Assembly (NCBI GenBank): GCA_965203555.1
Contig: CBDBCY010000004.1
Span: 1,824,001-1,888,000, forward strand
Reading direction: 5' to 3'
DNA length: 64,000 nt
Source: Acidimicrobiia bacterium
GTDB taxonomy: Bacteria > Actinomycetota > Acidimicrobiia > Spongiisociales > ZC4RG35
Shown: piece by piece, positions 50,845 through 60,715 of the stretch
How the letters are laid out: every line of letters starts with the position of its first letter
Position numbering within the stretch: position 1 is the stretch's first letter
Notes under the pieces: model-generated
What the model saw: only the letters and a program-made list of their open reading frames with translations
Databases searched by the model: none
What the model was told of the DNA's origin: nothing
Position numbers and translations under genes: made by a program

Positions 50845-52065
50845 TCAGACCTCATGAACGGTTTCGGCACGCGCCGCACCGGCCGCGCCAGCCACCTTTG
50901 AAATATCTGTGGTACCGGCAGCCCGTTGTGGCATCCAACTCACCAGCCTGTTGAACATCTGGTTCAGCATGTAGAAGGTCAGGAGCGAATAGCAGGCCAC
51001 CACGAACGCCACAATCACTAGCCGGGCGGTGTTGGTTTCCTGCACAGCAATGCTGGCCATGTGTCCAAGTCCGGTGGGGAATCCCAGAAACTCGGCCGCG
51101 ATTGTCAGAGACCACCCCAGTCCGGCGGAGAGCAATAGAGCAGTACGCAATTCGGGCATTGCCCCTGGCACTATCACTCTAAAGTAAGTGTATGGTCGCG
51201 ACGCGCCAAGTGTTCTGGCGCTTTCGATGTACCGGTCGGGCACGTTGGCCACCGAGTTCATAGTAGCCACCACCAACGTCACCCACACACCGAAAGCAAT
51301 AAAGGCGACGGCGCCCCGGAAATTGGCGCCCAACCCGAACTGCAACCAGGGTATGGCCGCCAAAAGAGGAATCATCCGCAAGAAATTCATGGGAGCCCAG
51401 GCTGTCTGGCGCAGGACCGGCCAATAGGGAATGGCCATACCGGTAGCGATGCCGACCACCAAACCAATGGCCAAGCCAACTAACAACCTGGATAGGGTCA
51501 TGAAGGAGTGGAAACCCAGCGCTAGAAAAACCGCCGGCCAAGTCCGGGCCTCATCACCCCCCATCGAGGCGGGGTAGGGCGCCAATTCCTCAAATCGCAC
51601 CTCCAAATGGAGAATTGGGACATTGTTGAGCAACCAGTCCCCGGACATCCTGTAAAGGGTGTCTCCGAACACGTAATCCCAGCCAGGAACCAAGGGATGT
51701 TCCAAGGTCCCTTCCGGCGCCACGATGGACACCACTTGCCATCCCACCAACAACACTGCCCAGGTGATAAAGAAGAGCGGGTTCTTCTTCATCGCGTTCT
51801 TCAACCTCCGAGGCGCGTTTAGCAAACCCCGACCTATCCTGGCCAGCATCCTGACGGACCTGGAAAAGCGAAGCGCAAAAGGCCAAACCCAGAACAGAAC
51901 CGCCCACAAAACCAAGAATGTCCAAGTGAGAAAAAGCACATCGGCCTGCCGCGTCCAAGTCGTCAGAGGAAAGCGGTCAGGCAGCAGCAGCAGCAGCCAT
52001 GGCACCGCTAGGAACCAGACAAGCCACCCTACCCAGAAAACGCTGGGGCGAATCGACTTATTCAA
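50845..52065 (-). CDS. ABC transporter permease (SsuC/TauC-like)
   Basis: EAA loop IESARTLGAS, PGAMPEL, IAAEFLG; TTG start overlaps the ATPase stop. Confidence 0.88.
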   Translation of the reverse strand: MNKSIRPSVFWVGWLVWFLAVPWLLLLLPDRFPLTTWTRQADVLFLTWTFLVLWAVLFWVWPFALRFSRSVRMLARIGRGLLNAPRRLKNAMKKNPLFFITWAVLLVGWQVVSIVAPEGTLEHPLVPGWDYVFGDTLYRMSGDWLLNNVPILHLEVRFEELAPYPASMGGDEARTWPAVFLALGFHSFMTLSRLLVGLAIGLVVGIATGMAIPYWPVLRQTAWAPMNFLRMIPLLAAIPWLQFGLGANFRGAVAFIAFGVWVTLVVATMNSVANVPDRYIESARTLGASRPYTYFRVIVPGAMPELRTALLLSAGLGWSLTIAAEFLGFPTGLGHMASIAVQETNTARLVIVAFVVACYSLLTFYMLNQMFNRLVSWMPQRAAGTTDISKVAGAAGAARAETVHEV

Positions 52066-52838
52066 ACCTTGGTTGCCTCTTCTTCGGTGATGCCCAGATG
52101 TTGCAGGATCACCTTGGTGATCCGCACCGCCTCGGCGCCGGCCCGGACATCTTCGTCGCGGGGACGGGGGAGGGTGACCGGGATATCGTCCACCAACTTG
52201 CCTTCGGCCAACAGAATCACGCGATCGGCCAGGATCAGCGCCTCCTCGATATCGTGGGTGACGAAGAAGATGGTCTTTTTGCTCTCTTCCCACAAATCCA
52301 AAAGCACATCATGCAGGTTGCGGCGTGTGAAGTAGTCAAGCGATCCGAAGGGCTCGTCCATCAAAATCACATCCGAACCCACCGCCATGGCCGACGCCAG
52401 CGCAACCCTCTTACGCATCCCTCCGGAGAGTTCCCGCGGCCAAGAGTCGGCAAAATCGGTCAAACCCACTGCCTCCAGCCAATGGGCAGTGATCTCTTCT
52501 CGTTCCTTTTCGGGCGTCTTCATGGCGCGCAGGCCGAATTCCACATTCTCCTTGACATGCAACCAAGGGAACACCGTGTCCTGCTGGAAAACCATTGCTC
52601 TATCGGCGCCCGGCGCGGACACCACCTCGTCACCCAATCTCACCTGCCCTGCAGTGGGGGGCTGCAGACCTGCCAGCACTCGAAGAAGGGTGGTCTTGCC
52701 GTGCCCGGAGCGTCCCACCACACATACAAACTCGCCGCTCTGCACGTCGAAGTTGACATCTTGAAGAGCATTCACCAACTGCCCGGACCGGTGTTCGAAC
52801 ACACACCATAGGTTCTCGAAAGTGACGACTCTTGACAT
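52062..52838 (-). CDS. ABC transporter ATP-binding protein (SsuB/TauB-like)
   Basis: GRSGHGKT, LSGGM, LMDEPF, FVTHD. Confidence 0.95.
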   Translation of the reverse strand: MSRVVTFENLWCVFEHRSGQLVNALQDVNFDVQSGEFVCVVGRSGHGKTTLLRVLAGLQPPTAGQVRLGDEVVSAPGADRAMVFQQDTVFPWLHVKENVEFGLRAMKTPEKEREEITAHWLEAVGLTDFADSWPRELSGGMRKRVALASAMAVGSDVILMDEPFGSLDYFTRRNLHDVLLDLWEESKKTIFFVTHDIEEALILADRVILLAEGKLVDDIPVTLPRPRDEDVRAGAEAVRITKVILQHLGITEEEATKV

Positions 52839-52851
52839 ACTTTCCTCCTTG

Positions 52852-53808
52852 CTAAAGCCCTAGTCGGCGACCGGCCTCGGACCACCGGGTTATGAAACGG
52901 ATTCCCACCACCAGCAAACCGTCGACCACAACGGCCAGCACACCGAGAAACACAGTCAGGGAAACCAGTGCCTCTGCAGCACCGAACGTGCCCATCAAAA
53001 AACTCCATATCCGGATCAGAAACCCTCCCCCCAACTGTGGCCCGAGCACCTCCACCAAGGCACCCAGCCCCCAAGCGCCGGCCAGAGCGATCCGAAAGCC
53101 TCCGGCTATTTCGGGCACCGTCCCCTTCAAATACACCCATCGGAATATGGATCGGGGGGTCCCTCCCAAAGTAAGAGCGGATTCCACAATACCCACCGGG
53201 ATATTCTCCGCTGCCCGGCGGCTGAAAAAATACATGAGCAGAGTGGTGTAGAAGGTAATCAACCCGATCGTGGTCAGGAGAGGAATCTCGATCCCGAACC
53301 AGATCACAAAGAAAGGAGCAGCGATGAAGATGGGGGCCGTACCGAAAAAGGAAGCGACCGGTGTTACTACCTCGGCAATCTTGGGAAAGACCAGACTGCC
53401 CAGTCCCATCGACAAGCCAAAGATCGTCCCAAGGGCAGCTCCAATCAGGATGTTCTTGGTGGTCTCCATCAGATGGAGCACATAGCCAAAGCAGATATCG
53501 GGGATGTTTGAGATCCTTTCGCTGGCAAGCTCCGGACAGGCCTGCGTTATATATCTGCTTTGCAAACCTTCGCTAAACAGGAAGTTCTGCACGAAGTGGG
53601 CGATGGTATTCCAGGGCCTCGGCATAAAGGTCTGAGGATCGTCCATCAGAAAGAGGAGAGGGGAAATGGGCGAGGCCAACCATTCCCAGATCGCGAAAAA
53701 CGACACCATTCCCAGCAATAAATAGATCACATAGGCGATTCGGCGCCGCCGACTGTCGCGCCTTGCCTTCGCTCTCACATCAAGAACGTCGGTGTTGGTC
53801 ATCGTCAC
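52852..53808 (-). CDS. ABC transporter permease
   Basis: VESALTLGG EAA loop, TM helices. Confidence 0.88.
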   Translation of the reverse strand: MTMTNTDVLDVRAKARRDSRRRRIAYVIYLLLGMVSFFAIWEWLASPISPLLFLMDDPQTFMPRPWNTIAHFVQNFLFSEGLQSRYITQACPELASERISNIPDICFGYVLHLMETTKNILIGAALGTIFGLSMGLGSLVFPKIAEVVTPVASFFGTAPIFIAAPFFVIWFGIEIPLLTTIGLITFYTTLLMYFFSRRAAENIPVGIVESALTLGGTPRSIFRWVYLKGTVPEIAGGFRIALAGAWGLGALVEVLGPQLGGGFLIRIWSFLMGTFGAAEALVSLTVFLGVLAVVVDGLLVVGIRFITRWSEAGRRLGL

Positions 53809-53844
53809 TGGAGATCTGTTCCTTGCTCGGTTGGTTATTTACAG

Positions 53845-53888
53845 GCCAAACGCGGGGCCGGACGGACTTTGCCCGACCCCGCGTCGGC
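53845..53888 (-). terminator. Stem-loop between the binding-protein and permease genes
   Basis: CGCGGGGTCGG...CCGGCCCCGCG hairpin, weak U tract. Confidence 0.45.
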
Positions 53889-53924
53889 TGTTTCTTGTCT
53901 ACTCAGACAAACGGTACCCGGAGG

Positions 53925-55673
53925 CTAGCCGATAAGGGCGGCCTCGAGGAAACGCTGTGCGTCGTAGAAGTTGTAACGGTCATAGAAGACATGGGCCTGA
54001 TCAACCAACGCCTGCTGGCTCTCAGAGAGATCCATATCCATAGCGCGGGCGAACAGATCGTCGGAGCGGTCCTGCATGGCCTTCAGGTCGTAGTAGAGCT
54101 CCTGGGCCAGCAAGAACTCCTCCAAGCCTGCCTGCGTATCGTAGGTAGCCGACAGAGTCCCTTGAGACTTCAGCTTCTCGATCTGTGTCCTGAACACCGT
54201 CTCGGGGTGATAGCTGGGCAGGCTCAAGTCCCACAGGGCTTCCTGGTCTTCCCAGTTGAAGGATGGGTCGATCGTATCCCAGATGATTCCGATGTCTTCG
54301 GGTTCCATGCTCAGGGAGCGCTTCTCATTGATGATGTTGGCCTCGATTTCCCACAACTCGTACTGAGTTTCGGGATCTTCCAGAGCGGCAAAGATGCGGT
54401 TGGCGACGGAGATGATCCGGTAAGCCAAGTCCTTGTTCTCTTCCACCCACGCGCGACGGGCCAGCAGGCCGGTGCCGCCGACGGTGGCGGAGGCGATAGC
54501 GGTCTGTTGAGAGGCCGCGTCATGCTCATACATCATGGCGAAGTTGATCAGCGGGTCCCAACCATTACGCATCATCTGCACCAAGGTTGGAGCACCGTAG
54601 GGCATTGCGAAATCAATGCGCCCCGCAACTGCCGAGAGCTCCACAATCGTGGGGTCGTCGACATAGACCGGCTGGGCATAGTTACGCCAGTCGTTGGTGG
54701 TAACCCGGATTGGCTGTACATTGCCATCGGCATCAAGGTTGGGGGTCCCGTCCCTATTCAACAACACCAGTTGGTTGCCTTCAGCGTCAAGCACCGGGAT
54801 GTCCTCTTCGACATCTTCCCACCACTGCGGGAGGTATGCAAAGAAGGCGTCAGAATACTGAGCCTGAGTCGTGCTGTGCGGCGGGATATGAACTTCGGCG
54901 CCCACCAACTGCTCAACAGCGGCTTGGGCGGCTTCGGGGAAGGTCATCCCTTCATCCATGAACTCCAACGCGGTCTTGGCGTCGCTGTCAGGCGACACGA
55001 GGATGGCGTAGCCAACGTAGATGTCGGCGAAGTGGATCGGCGGAATGGTCTGACCGAAGGTCTCCAACGTTCCGAACACTCCCGGCACCCAGCCTTGGGC
55101 AACGTCACCATCACCGCGCTGCAACCAGGGAACGATCTCCTGGGAGGCAGTGAAGTAGTGATAGGTGGGAGTGTTGGGAGTGATGGTGATGTTCAACTCA
55201 TCCCACCAGCCCAACTCGATCGGAATCTGCCAGTAGGCGAGATCGGCGCAGCAGGGATAGATGCCCATGCGCACCTCAGCTGCCCGGATCGGGGGCGCTT
55301 CCACCATCGAAGCCATTTCCAGTTCCATCGCCGCTTTCTCAGCAGCCGCCTCGGCTTCTTCAGCCATCGCGGCAGCCTCATCGGCCTTCATCTGCGCCTC
55401 TTCCAGAGCAGCCTCGGCCTCAGCGTCACCAGCTGCGGCAGCAGCCTTGGTGGCTTCCAACTCGGCCATCGCAGCCTCAGCAGCCGCCTCGGCAGCAGCA
55501 GCATCCGCAGCCGCGGCATCCGCAGCCGCCTGGGCATCCGCAGCCGCCTGGGCTTGAGCCGCAGCCTCAGCCTGGGCCTCAGCAGCTGCATCCTCTGCCT
55601 CCTGATCGCCGCAGGCCGAAGCCAGCAAAGCCAAGGCCGCCATCAATACGATGACACCTTTCAGTTTCTTCAT
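53925..55673 (-). CDS. ABC substrate-binding lipoprotein with an Ala/Glu-rich linker
   Basis: Lipobox LASAC, low-complexity A/E stretch, first gene of the ABC operon. Confidence 0.8.
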   Translation of the reverse strand: MKKLKGVIVLMAALALLASACGDQEAEDAAAEAQAEAAAQAQAAADAQAAADAAAADAAAAEAAAEAAMAELEATKAAAAAGDAEAEAALEEAQMKADEAAAMAEEAEAAAEKAAMELEMASMVEAPPIRAAEVRMGIYPCCADLAYWQIPIELGWWDELNITITPNTPTYHYFTASQEIVPWLQRGDGDVAQGWVPGVFGTLETFGQTIPPIHFADIYVGYAILVSPDSDAKTALEFMDEGMTFPEAAQAAVEQLVGAEVHIPPHSTTQAQYSDAFFAYLPQWWEDVEEDIPVLDAEGNQLVLLNRDGTPNLDADGNVQPIRVTTNDWRNYAQPVYVDDPTIVELSAVAGRIDFAMPYGAPTLVQMMRNGWDPLINFAMMYEHDAASQQTAIASATVGGTGLLARRAWVEENKDLAYRIISVANRIFAALEDPETQYELWEIEANIINEKRSLSMEPEDIGIIWDTIDPSFNWEDQEALWDLSLPSYHPETVFRTQIEKLKSQGTLSATYDTQAGLEEFLLAQELYYDLKAMQDRSDDLFARAMDMDLSESQQALVDQAHVFYDRYNFYDAQRFLEAALIG

Positions 55674-55852
55674 GGGTTTTCCTTCCGCTCGCTTACTCGT
55701 CGTGCCTTGTGTGTGCACGTTTTCCGAAGTGGCTTATGTCGGCATACCGACTCCCGCCTAAATATATAGCACCCAGAAGTCCTTATTCGCAAAACAGGCG
55801 TCTTTTTTGGATCCTGGGGCGGGGTTGGCCCGGTTCCATCCCGGAGGTGCAG

Positions 55853-58087
55853 TTACCCGGCTGATCGCAGTCCGGCAGATACCCGGCCCGGTGTCAAGGG
55901 AAGTTGATTGAACCACACCCCTGTCGCATCGAAAAGAGCAGCGGACACCGCGGGCGCCAGTGGAACGAAGGGCATCTCCGCCATACCACGCACGCCCCAC
56001 GGACCGCGGGGATCGGGGATCTCCACGATGACGCTCTCCACCCGTTCCGGTATGTCACCGATGCCCGGAATCAGATAGGTGCTGAGATGCGGATTCAGAA
56101 TCCTCCCCTGTTCGGTGACAAGTCTTTCGGTTACCGCATAACCGTGAGCCTGAGCCACTGCTCCTTCGATCTGCCCTCTGACCAAGCCGGGGTTGATCGC
56201 TTTGCCGACATCCACAGCACACACCACCGACTCCACCTTCACATGTCCGGTGTCCAAGTCGACAATCACCTCCACCGCCTCGGCCATCCAACCGTATGCG
56301 AAGTTGAGTTCGCCGGCCCCGGTTTGAGGGTCAAAGGTCTCCGTGGGCGGCGGCACGAACCGGAACTTGCCGAGCGCCGGACGGTCTCCCTCGAGCCAGC
56401 GCTTCTGGGCCTCTTCAGTGGCCCCCAGAATGGAGTTGCCGGCCATCCAGGTCAGCCTGGAAGCGGAGGCCGATCCCGAGTCGCCGGTGTAGGCCGTGTC
56501 GGAATACCGGGTCTTCACCATCTCGACATCCACTCCGGCCGCCTCGGCGGCCATCTGGGCAAAGGCGGTGTGGGCGCCCTGCCCGACTTCGGCGCCGCTG
56601 TGATACAACACCACCTCTTCCACTTCCTTGTCGCCCCACAACTCCACGGCTGCCTCGCATCGCTCCGGGAAACCGAAGGAGAACCCGACATTCTTGAATC
56701 CGCAGGCAAATCCCCTCCCGCGACGCTGACGGGAAGCATCGGCCGGCAGGGACCTGAATACCGGGAAGGCGGCGGTCACGGTCTTCGGCGGATCGTCCCA
56801 TCCCGCCCGGTCGGCACAGGCCTCTATCACTTCGGGAAGGCTCACCACCGATGGGACGGCTGTTCCCCAATGACCGACGTCGCCCTCCCTGAAGCAATTG
56901 CGAAGCCGCAGTTCCACGGGATCCATGCCGAGTTCCACGGCCAGGCGGTTCATCTGGCCCTCGGCCGCCATGGCTCCCTGCGGGGCGCCGAATCCCCGAA
57001 AGGCCCCTCCCGGCACCGAATGGGTGTATACCACCCGTGAATCCACTTTCAGGTTGGGAACCCGGTAGGGCCCCACGGTGCACAGGTGCATGTTCCCCAT
57101 GACCTTGTCGGAGGTGTAGTTGTAGGCTCCGGCGTCCAGCCAACCCTCCGCCTCCACCGCCGTAATCAGGCCCTGGCGGGTGGCGCCCCAGCGGGCATGG
57201 ATTACAGCCCGGTGGCGTTTGTGGTGCCCGACGATGCTCTCCTCTCGGGACCACACCGTCCTGACCGGTCGGTGAATTCCTTTTCGAGCAAGCTTTCCCA
57301 CTGCCAGCGCCATCACGATCTGCAGCGACATGTCCTCCCGACCGCCGAACGCCCCTCCGATGGCCGGGTAGATGACTCTGATCCGTTCCGGTTGCAGATC
57401 AAGCGCATGGGCGATTTGTTCCTGGTCCTCGTGGGTCCACTGCCCGGCGATCTCGACGGTGATCCGGTCCTGAGAATCCAGGTAGGCCAAGGCCGCCTCC
57501 GGCTGGAGGTAGGCATGTTCCTGCAGGGGAAGCACATATGTGCCGCTTGCCTGCACGTCGGCGGCCCGCCATCCCTCCTCCATATCTCCCACCCGGAACT
57601 TGAGATGCTGGTAGGTATTGGTGCCCAAACCGTTCTCGGGATGAACCAGCACCGAGTCGGTGCGGGCCGTCTCCAGGTCGGGGACCAGCGGAAGGTCCTC
57701 CCATTCAACCCGGAGCCGCCTGGCGCCTTCCTCGGCCTGCCGGCGCGTCTCCGCCACCACCACTGCGATCTGGTCCCCCTCCCAGCGGCTGACATCGGAG
57801 GGGATCTCGCTGCGGCCTGTCGCTCCCACCCCCACCAGCACCGGCTGATCGAAACGGGTCAGCCCGTATTCGTTGACCGGCACGTCGGCAGCGGTCACCA
57901 CCTCCACCACCCCCGCCGCGGTCAGGGTTGAAGATGCATCCATCGACAGCATCCGTGCATGAGGCCGCCCGCTGAACACCACCTTGGCGTACAGCGCGTT
58001 GTCTCGGTGCAGGTCCGCCGGGTAGAGCGCCTCTCCGGTGGTTTTGGATAAGGCGTCGCGGCGCGGCGCCGATAGACCGATGCTCAC
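55853..58087 (-). CDS. Xanthine dehydrogenase family molybdopterin-binding subunit
   Basis: QEHAYLQPE, IGGAFGG, AFRGFGAPQ, GQIEG, GVRGMAE. Confidence 0.93.
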   Translation of the reverse strand: MSIGLSAPRRDALSKTTGEALYPADLHRDNALYAKVVFSGRPHARMLSMDASSTLTAAGVVEVVTAADVPVNEYGLTRFDQPVLVGVGATGRSEIPSDVSRWEGDQIAVVVAETRRQAEEGARRLRVEWEDLPLVPDLETARTDSVLVHPENGLGTNTYQHLKFRVGDMEEGWRAADVQASGTYVLPLQEHAYLQPEAALAYLDSQDRITVEIAGQWTHEDQEQIAHALDLQPERIRVIYPAIGGAFGGREDMSLQIVMALAVGKLARKGIHRPVRTVWSREESIVGHHKRHRAVIHARWGATRQGLITAVEAEGWLDAGAYNYTSDKVMGNMHLCTVGPYRVPNLKVDSRVVYTHSVPGGAFRGFGAPQGAMAAEGQMNRLAVELGMDPVELRLRNCFREGDVGHWGTAVPSVVSLPEVIEACADRAGWDDPPKTVTAAFPVFRSLPADASRQRRGRGFACGFKNVGFSFGFPERCEAAVELWGDKEVEEVVLYHSGAEVGQGAHTAFAQMAAEAAGVDVEMVKTRYSDTAYTGDSGSASASRLTWMAGNSILGATEEAQKRWLEGDRPALGKFRFVPPPTETFDPQTGAGELNFAYGWMAEAVEVIVDLDTGHVKVESVVCAVDVGKAINPGLVRGQIEGAVAQAHGYAVTERLVTEQGRILNPHLSTYLIPGIGDIPERVESVIVEIPDPRGPWGVRGMAEMPFVPLAPAVSAALFDATGVWFNQLPLTPGRVSAGLRSAG

Positions 58088-59535
58088 GGGATCTCTCCCG
58101 ACGCTTCCGCAACTGCCTGAATGATCGGGTAGTAGCCGGTGCAGCGACACAGGTTGCCGCTCAGAGCGGTTCGGATCTCTTCATCGGTCGGATCGGAGAT
58201 TTGTTCCAGGAGCTTGGCGGCCGACATCAGGAAACCGGGAGTGCAGTAGCCGCACTGAACGGCGCCGGTCCGGCAGAAAGCCGATTGCACGGGATGGAGC
58301 CCGCCGTCGGCGAGGCCTTCCACCGTGACGATCTCCGCCCGATGAGCCCGGGGAGCGGGCGTGAGACAGGAAAGGGCCGCTTCGTCGTCCAGGAACACCA
58401 TGCACGCGCCGCACTCTCCCTCCGCGCACCCCTCCTTGGTTCCGGTGAGGGACGTTCCCGCCGCCGGACCCGCCACATCCCGAAGCCAGTCGAGGAGGGT
58501 CAGATCGCCCCCGCTTCGGGTGACGACCGGCGTCCCGTTGACCACCGCCTCGATGGGATCGCCCTCCCGGTGGGAAAGAGCCCCCTCCAATGTCGGCTGA
58601 TGGGTGGCGCCGAACTGCACGGGGCGGGAAGGAACAGCCAACCGTTCCTCGCCGTTGCTCATGGCGGTGAGAGCCCGACGCACCATCACCTCGGTGGTCC
58701 ATCTCCGGTACTCGGCTGTTCCCCGCAGGTCGTCGATCGGTTCAATGTCCCCTGCTGCGACCCGGGCGGCCGAAGCAATGGTTTCTTCGTCCAGCGGCCT
58801 GCCCAACAGCGCCTGTTCGGCCCCCGGCGAACGCACGATAGTCGGGGCCACGCTCCCCAGGGCGATGCGGGCCAGGGTCACAGAGCCTTTCGCGTCGCGT
58901 TCCAGAACCAACGCCATATGCACCACCGAGATGGCCTGCGCCATCCGCAGCCCCAGCTTGACGAACACCCCCGACTGTTCACCGCCCAGTCCGGGGAAGG
59001 TGATGGCGGTCACCATCTCGTCCGACGCCAGGGTGGTGGACCGAAAGCCCGGATAGAAGTCGGCCAGAGCTTGCTGCCGCTCACCTCGCTCGGAGCGAAT
59101 GGCCAACCGGGCGTCCAAGGCGTTAAGAGCGGAGATGGTGTCGTTGGCGGGGCTTGCCGTGACCAGGTTCCCCACCACCGTGGCCCGAGCCTGCAGGGGA
59201 GGCGCCCCGACCTCCACCGATGCCTGCGCCAGAGGAAGAGCCCGGTCCCACAGCAGCTGCGAAGAAACTACGTCGGCATGGGTCACCAGGGGTCCCAGAT
59301 GGATATCTCCACTGGGATCTTCTTCGATGCGATCAAGACCCGCGATGCGGGAGATATCCACCAGCACCTGCACGCCCGGCCGAACCCCTCGACGAATTTC
59401 CAGCACCAGGTCGGTCCCCCCGGCAATCAACCGTGCCCCCTCCCGGTGGTCGGCCAGCAGCGCCAGGGCTTCCTCCACTGTGGAGGGCGACTCGTATCGG
59501 TCGGTCAGGTCGGCTCGGTGCTGAACGTCGTGCAA
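58084..59535 (-). CDS. Fused FAD-binding + 2x[2Fe-2S] subunit, xanthine dehydrogenase family
   Basis: AGGTDL, ATVVGNL..ASPA.D; GCAEGECGAC, QCGYCTPG, NLCRCTGY. Confidence 0.93.
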   Translation of the reverse strand: MHDVQHRADLTDRYESPSTVEEALALLADHREGARLIAGGTDLVLEIRRGVRPGVQVLVDISRIAGLDRIEEDPSGDIHLGPLVTHADVVSSQLLWDRALPLAQASVEVGAPPLQARATVVGNLVTASPANDTISALNALDARLAIRSERGERQQALADFYPGFRSTTLASDEMVTAITFPGLGGEQSGVFVKLGLRMAQAISVVHMALVLERDAKGSVTLARIALGSVAPTIVRSPGAEQALLGRPLDEETIASAARVAAGDIEPIDDLRGTAEYRRWTTEVMVRRALTAMSNGEERLAVPSRPVQFGATHQPTLEGALSHREGDPIEAVVNGTPVVTRSGGDLTLLDWLRDVAGPAAGTSLTGTKEGCAEGECGACMVFLDDEAALSCLTPAPRAHRAEIVTVEGLADGGLHPVQSAFCRTGAVQCGYCTPGFLMSAAKLLEQISDPTDEEIRTALSGNLCRCTGYYPIIQAVAEASGEIP

Positions 59536-59540
59536 AGTAA

Positions 59541-60134
59541 TTATCCCTCGGTCTTGGAACTGTTGTAGACGAGCCCCCCGCCCCTCACATAGTCTCGGAG
59601 CACGGCAACCGCCTCCGCCCGGAGCACATCCTGGACAACCTCGATCCCTCGTCGCTGCAAGCCTTCCACCCAGTCAACCGGTCGATTTCCTTCATCGAAT
59701 CCTACTGAACGAGCATCTTCCTCACGGGCGCCGATCACCACCCTGGAGACTCCCGACCAGGGGACCGCCCCCAGGCACATCGCGCAGGGAGAGCAACTGG
59801 TGACCAGTTCGGTGAGGCCCCCGGCGCCTTCGGTCAGGTCGAAGTTTCCCACTGCCTGTCCGGCGAGACAGATCGCCACCACCTCGGCATGGGCGGCGGC
59901 GGAGGTGGTGGGCACCACCAGATTGACCCCCAGCGCGATGAGACGGCAGGTCGAAAGATCGAAAACCGCCGCCCCGAACGGGCCGCCCGTTCCCTCCAGC
60001 ACGTTGCGGCGGGAAAGCTCCACCGCCAATCCCATGCGTTCCTCCCGGGAAGGGAAGGCCTGCCCCGGCCTCACCAAATCATGAGCCCAAGGGGGCAGAT
60101 CCCAACGCATGCTGACCGGGAGAGATGAGACCAT
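59541..60134 (-). CDS. CDA-superfamily deaminase (guanine deaminase-like), copy A
   Basis: GGPFGA, HAE, SPCAMC, GFDEG, C-terminal VYN. Confidence 0.88.
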   Translation of the reverse strand: MVSSLPVSMRWDLPPWAHDLVRPGQAFPSREERMGLAVELSRRNVLEGTGGPFGAAVFDLSTCRLIALGVNLVVPTTSAAAHAEVVAICLAGQAVGNFDLTEGAGGLTELVTSCSPCAMCLGAVPWSGVSRVVIGAREEDARSVGFDEGNRPVDWVEGLQRRGIEVVQDVLRAEAVAVLRDYVRGGGLVYNSSKTEG

Positions 60135-60142
60135 ACTCGATC

Positions 60143-60712
60143 CTACATCCCCCCTCCCCCACTCGCGTATTCCCGCAGCACCCCCACCGCCTCGGCTCGG
60201 AGGACATCCTCGGTGACCGCCATCCCCTGCCGCCTCAGCCGTTCCACCCAGTCGGGAGGCCGACTGCTCCCGCCCAACCCGAGCGACCGGGTGTCCTCCT
60301 CGCGGGCGGCGATCACCAGGCTGGACACTCCCGACCCGAGTATCGCGCCCTGGCACATCATGCAAGGGGCGCAACTGGTCGCCAACTCGACCGGACCCCC
60401 GCTCCCCACCCTCAGATCGTGGTTTCCCGCCGCTGCACCGGCCATACACACCGCTACCACCTCGGCATGGGCGGCCACGGTGGCGCTCGGTTTCACCACA
60501 TTGACCCCCAGCGCCATGAGACGGCAGGTCGAAAGATCGAAAACCGCCGCCCCGAACGGATCCCCCGTCCTCTCCAGCACGTTGCGGCGGGAAAGCTCCA
60601 CCGCCAATCCCATGCGTTCCTCCCGGGAAGGGAAGGCCTGCCCCGGCCTCACCAAATCATGAGCCCAAGGGGGCAGATCCCAACGCACGGTGACGGGAAG
60701 TGACGAGGCCAT
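60143..60712 (-). CDS. CDA-superfamily deaminase paralogue, copy B
   Basis: HAE, APCMMC; 5' portion identical to copy A. Confidence 0.82.
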   Translation of the reverse strand: MASSLPVTVRWDLPPWAHDLVRPGQAFPSREERMGLAVELSRRNVLERTGDPFGAAVFDLSTCRLMALGVNVVKPSATVAAHAEVVAVCMAGAAAGNHDLRVGSGGPVELATSCAPCMMCQGAILGSGVSSLVIAAREEDTRSLGLGGSSRPPDWVERLRRQGMAVTEDVLRAEAVGVLREYASGGGGM

Positions 60713-60715
60713 GCT

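Noticed and set aside
53763-55769. 668-aa plus-strand ORF
   Set aside because: Antisense shadow of the lipoprotein gene
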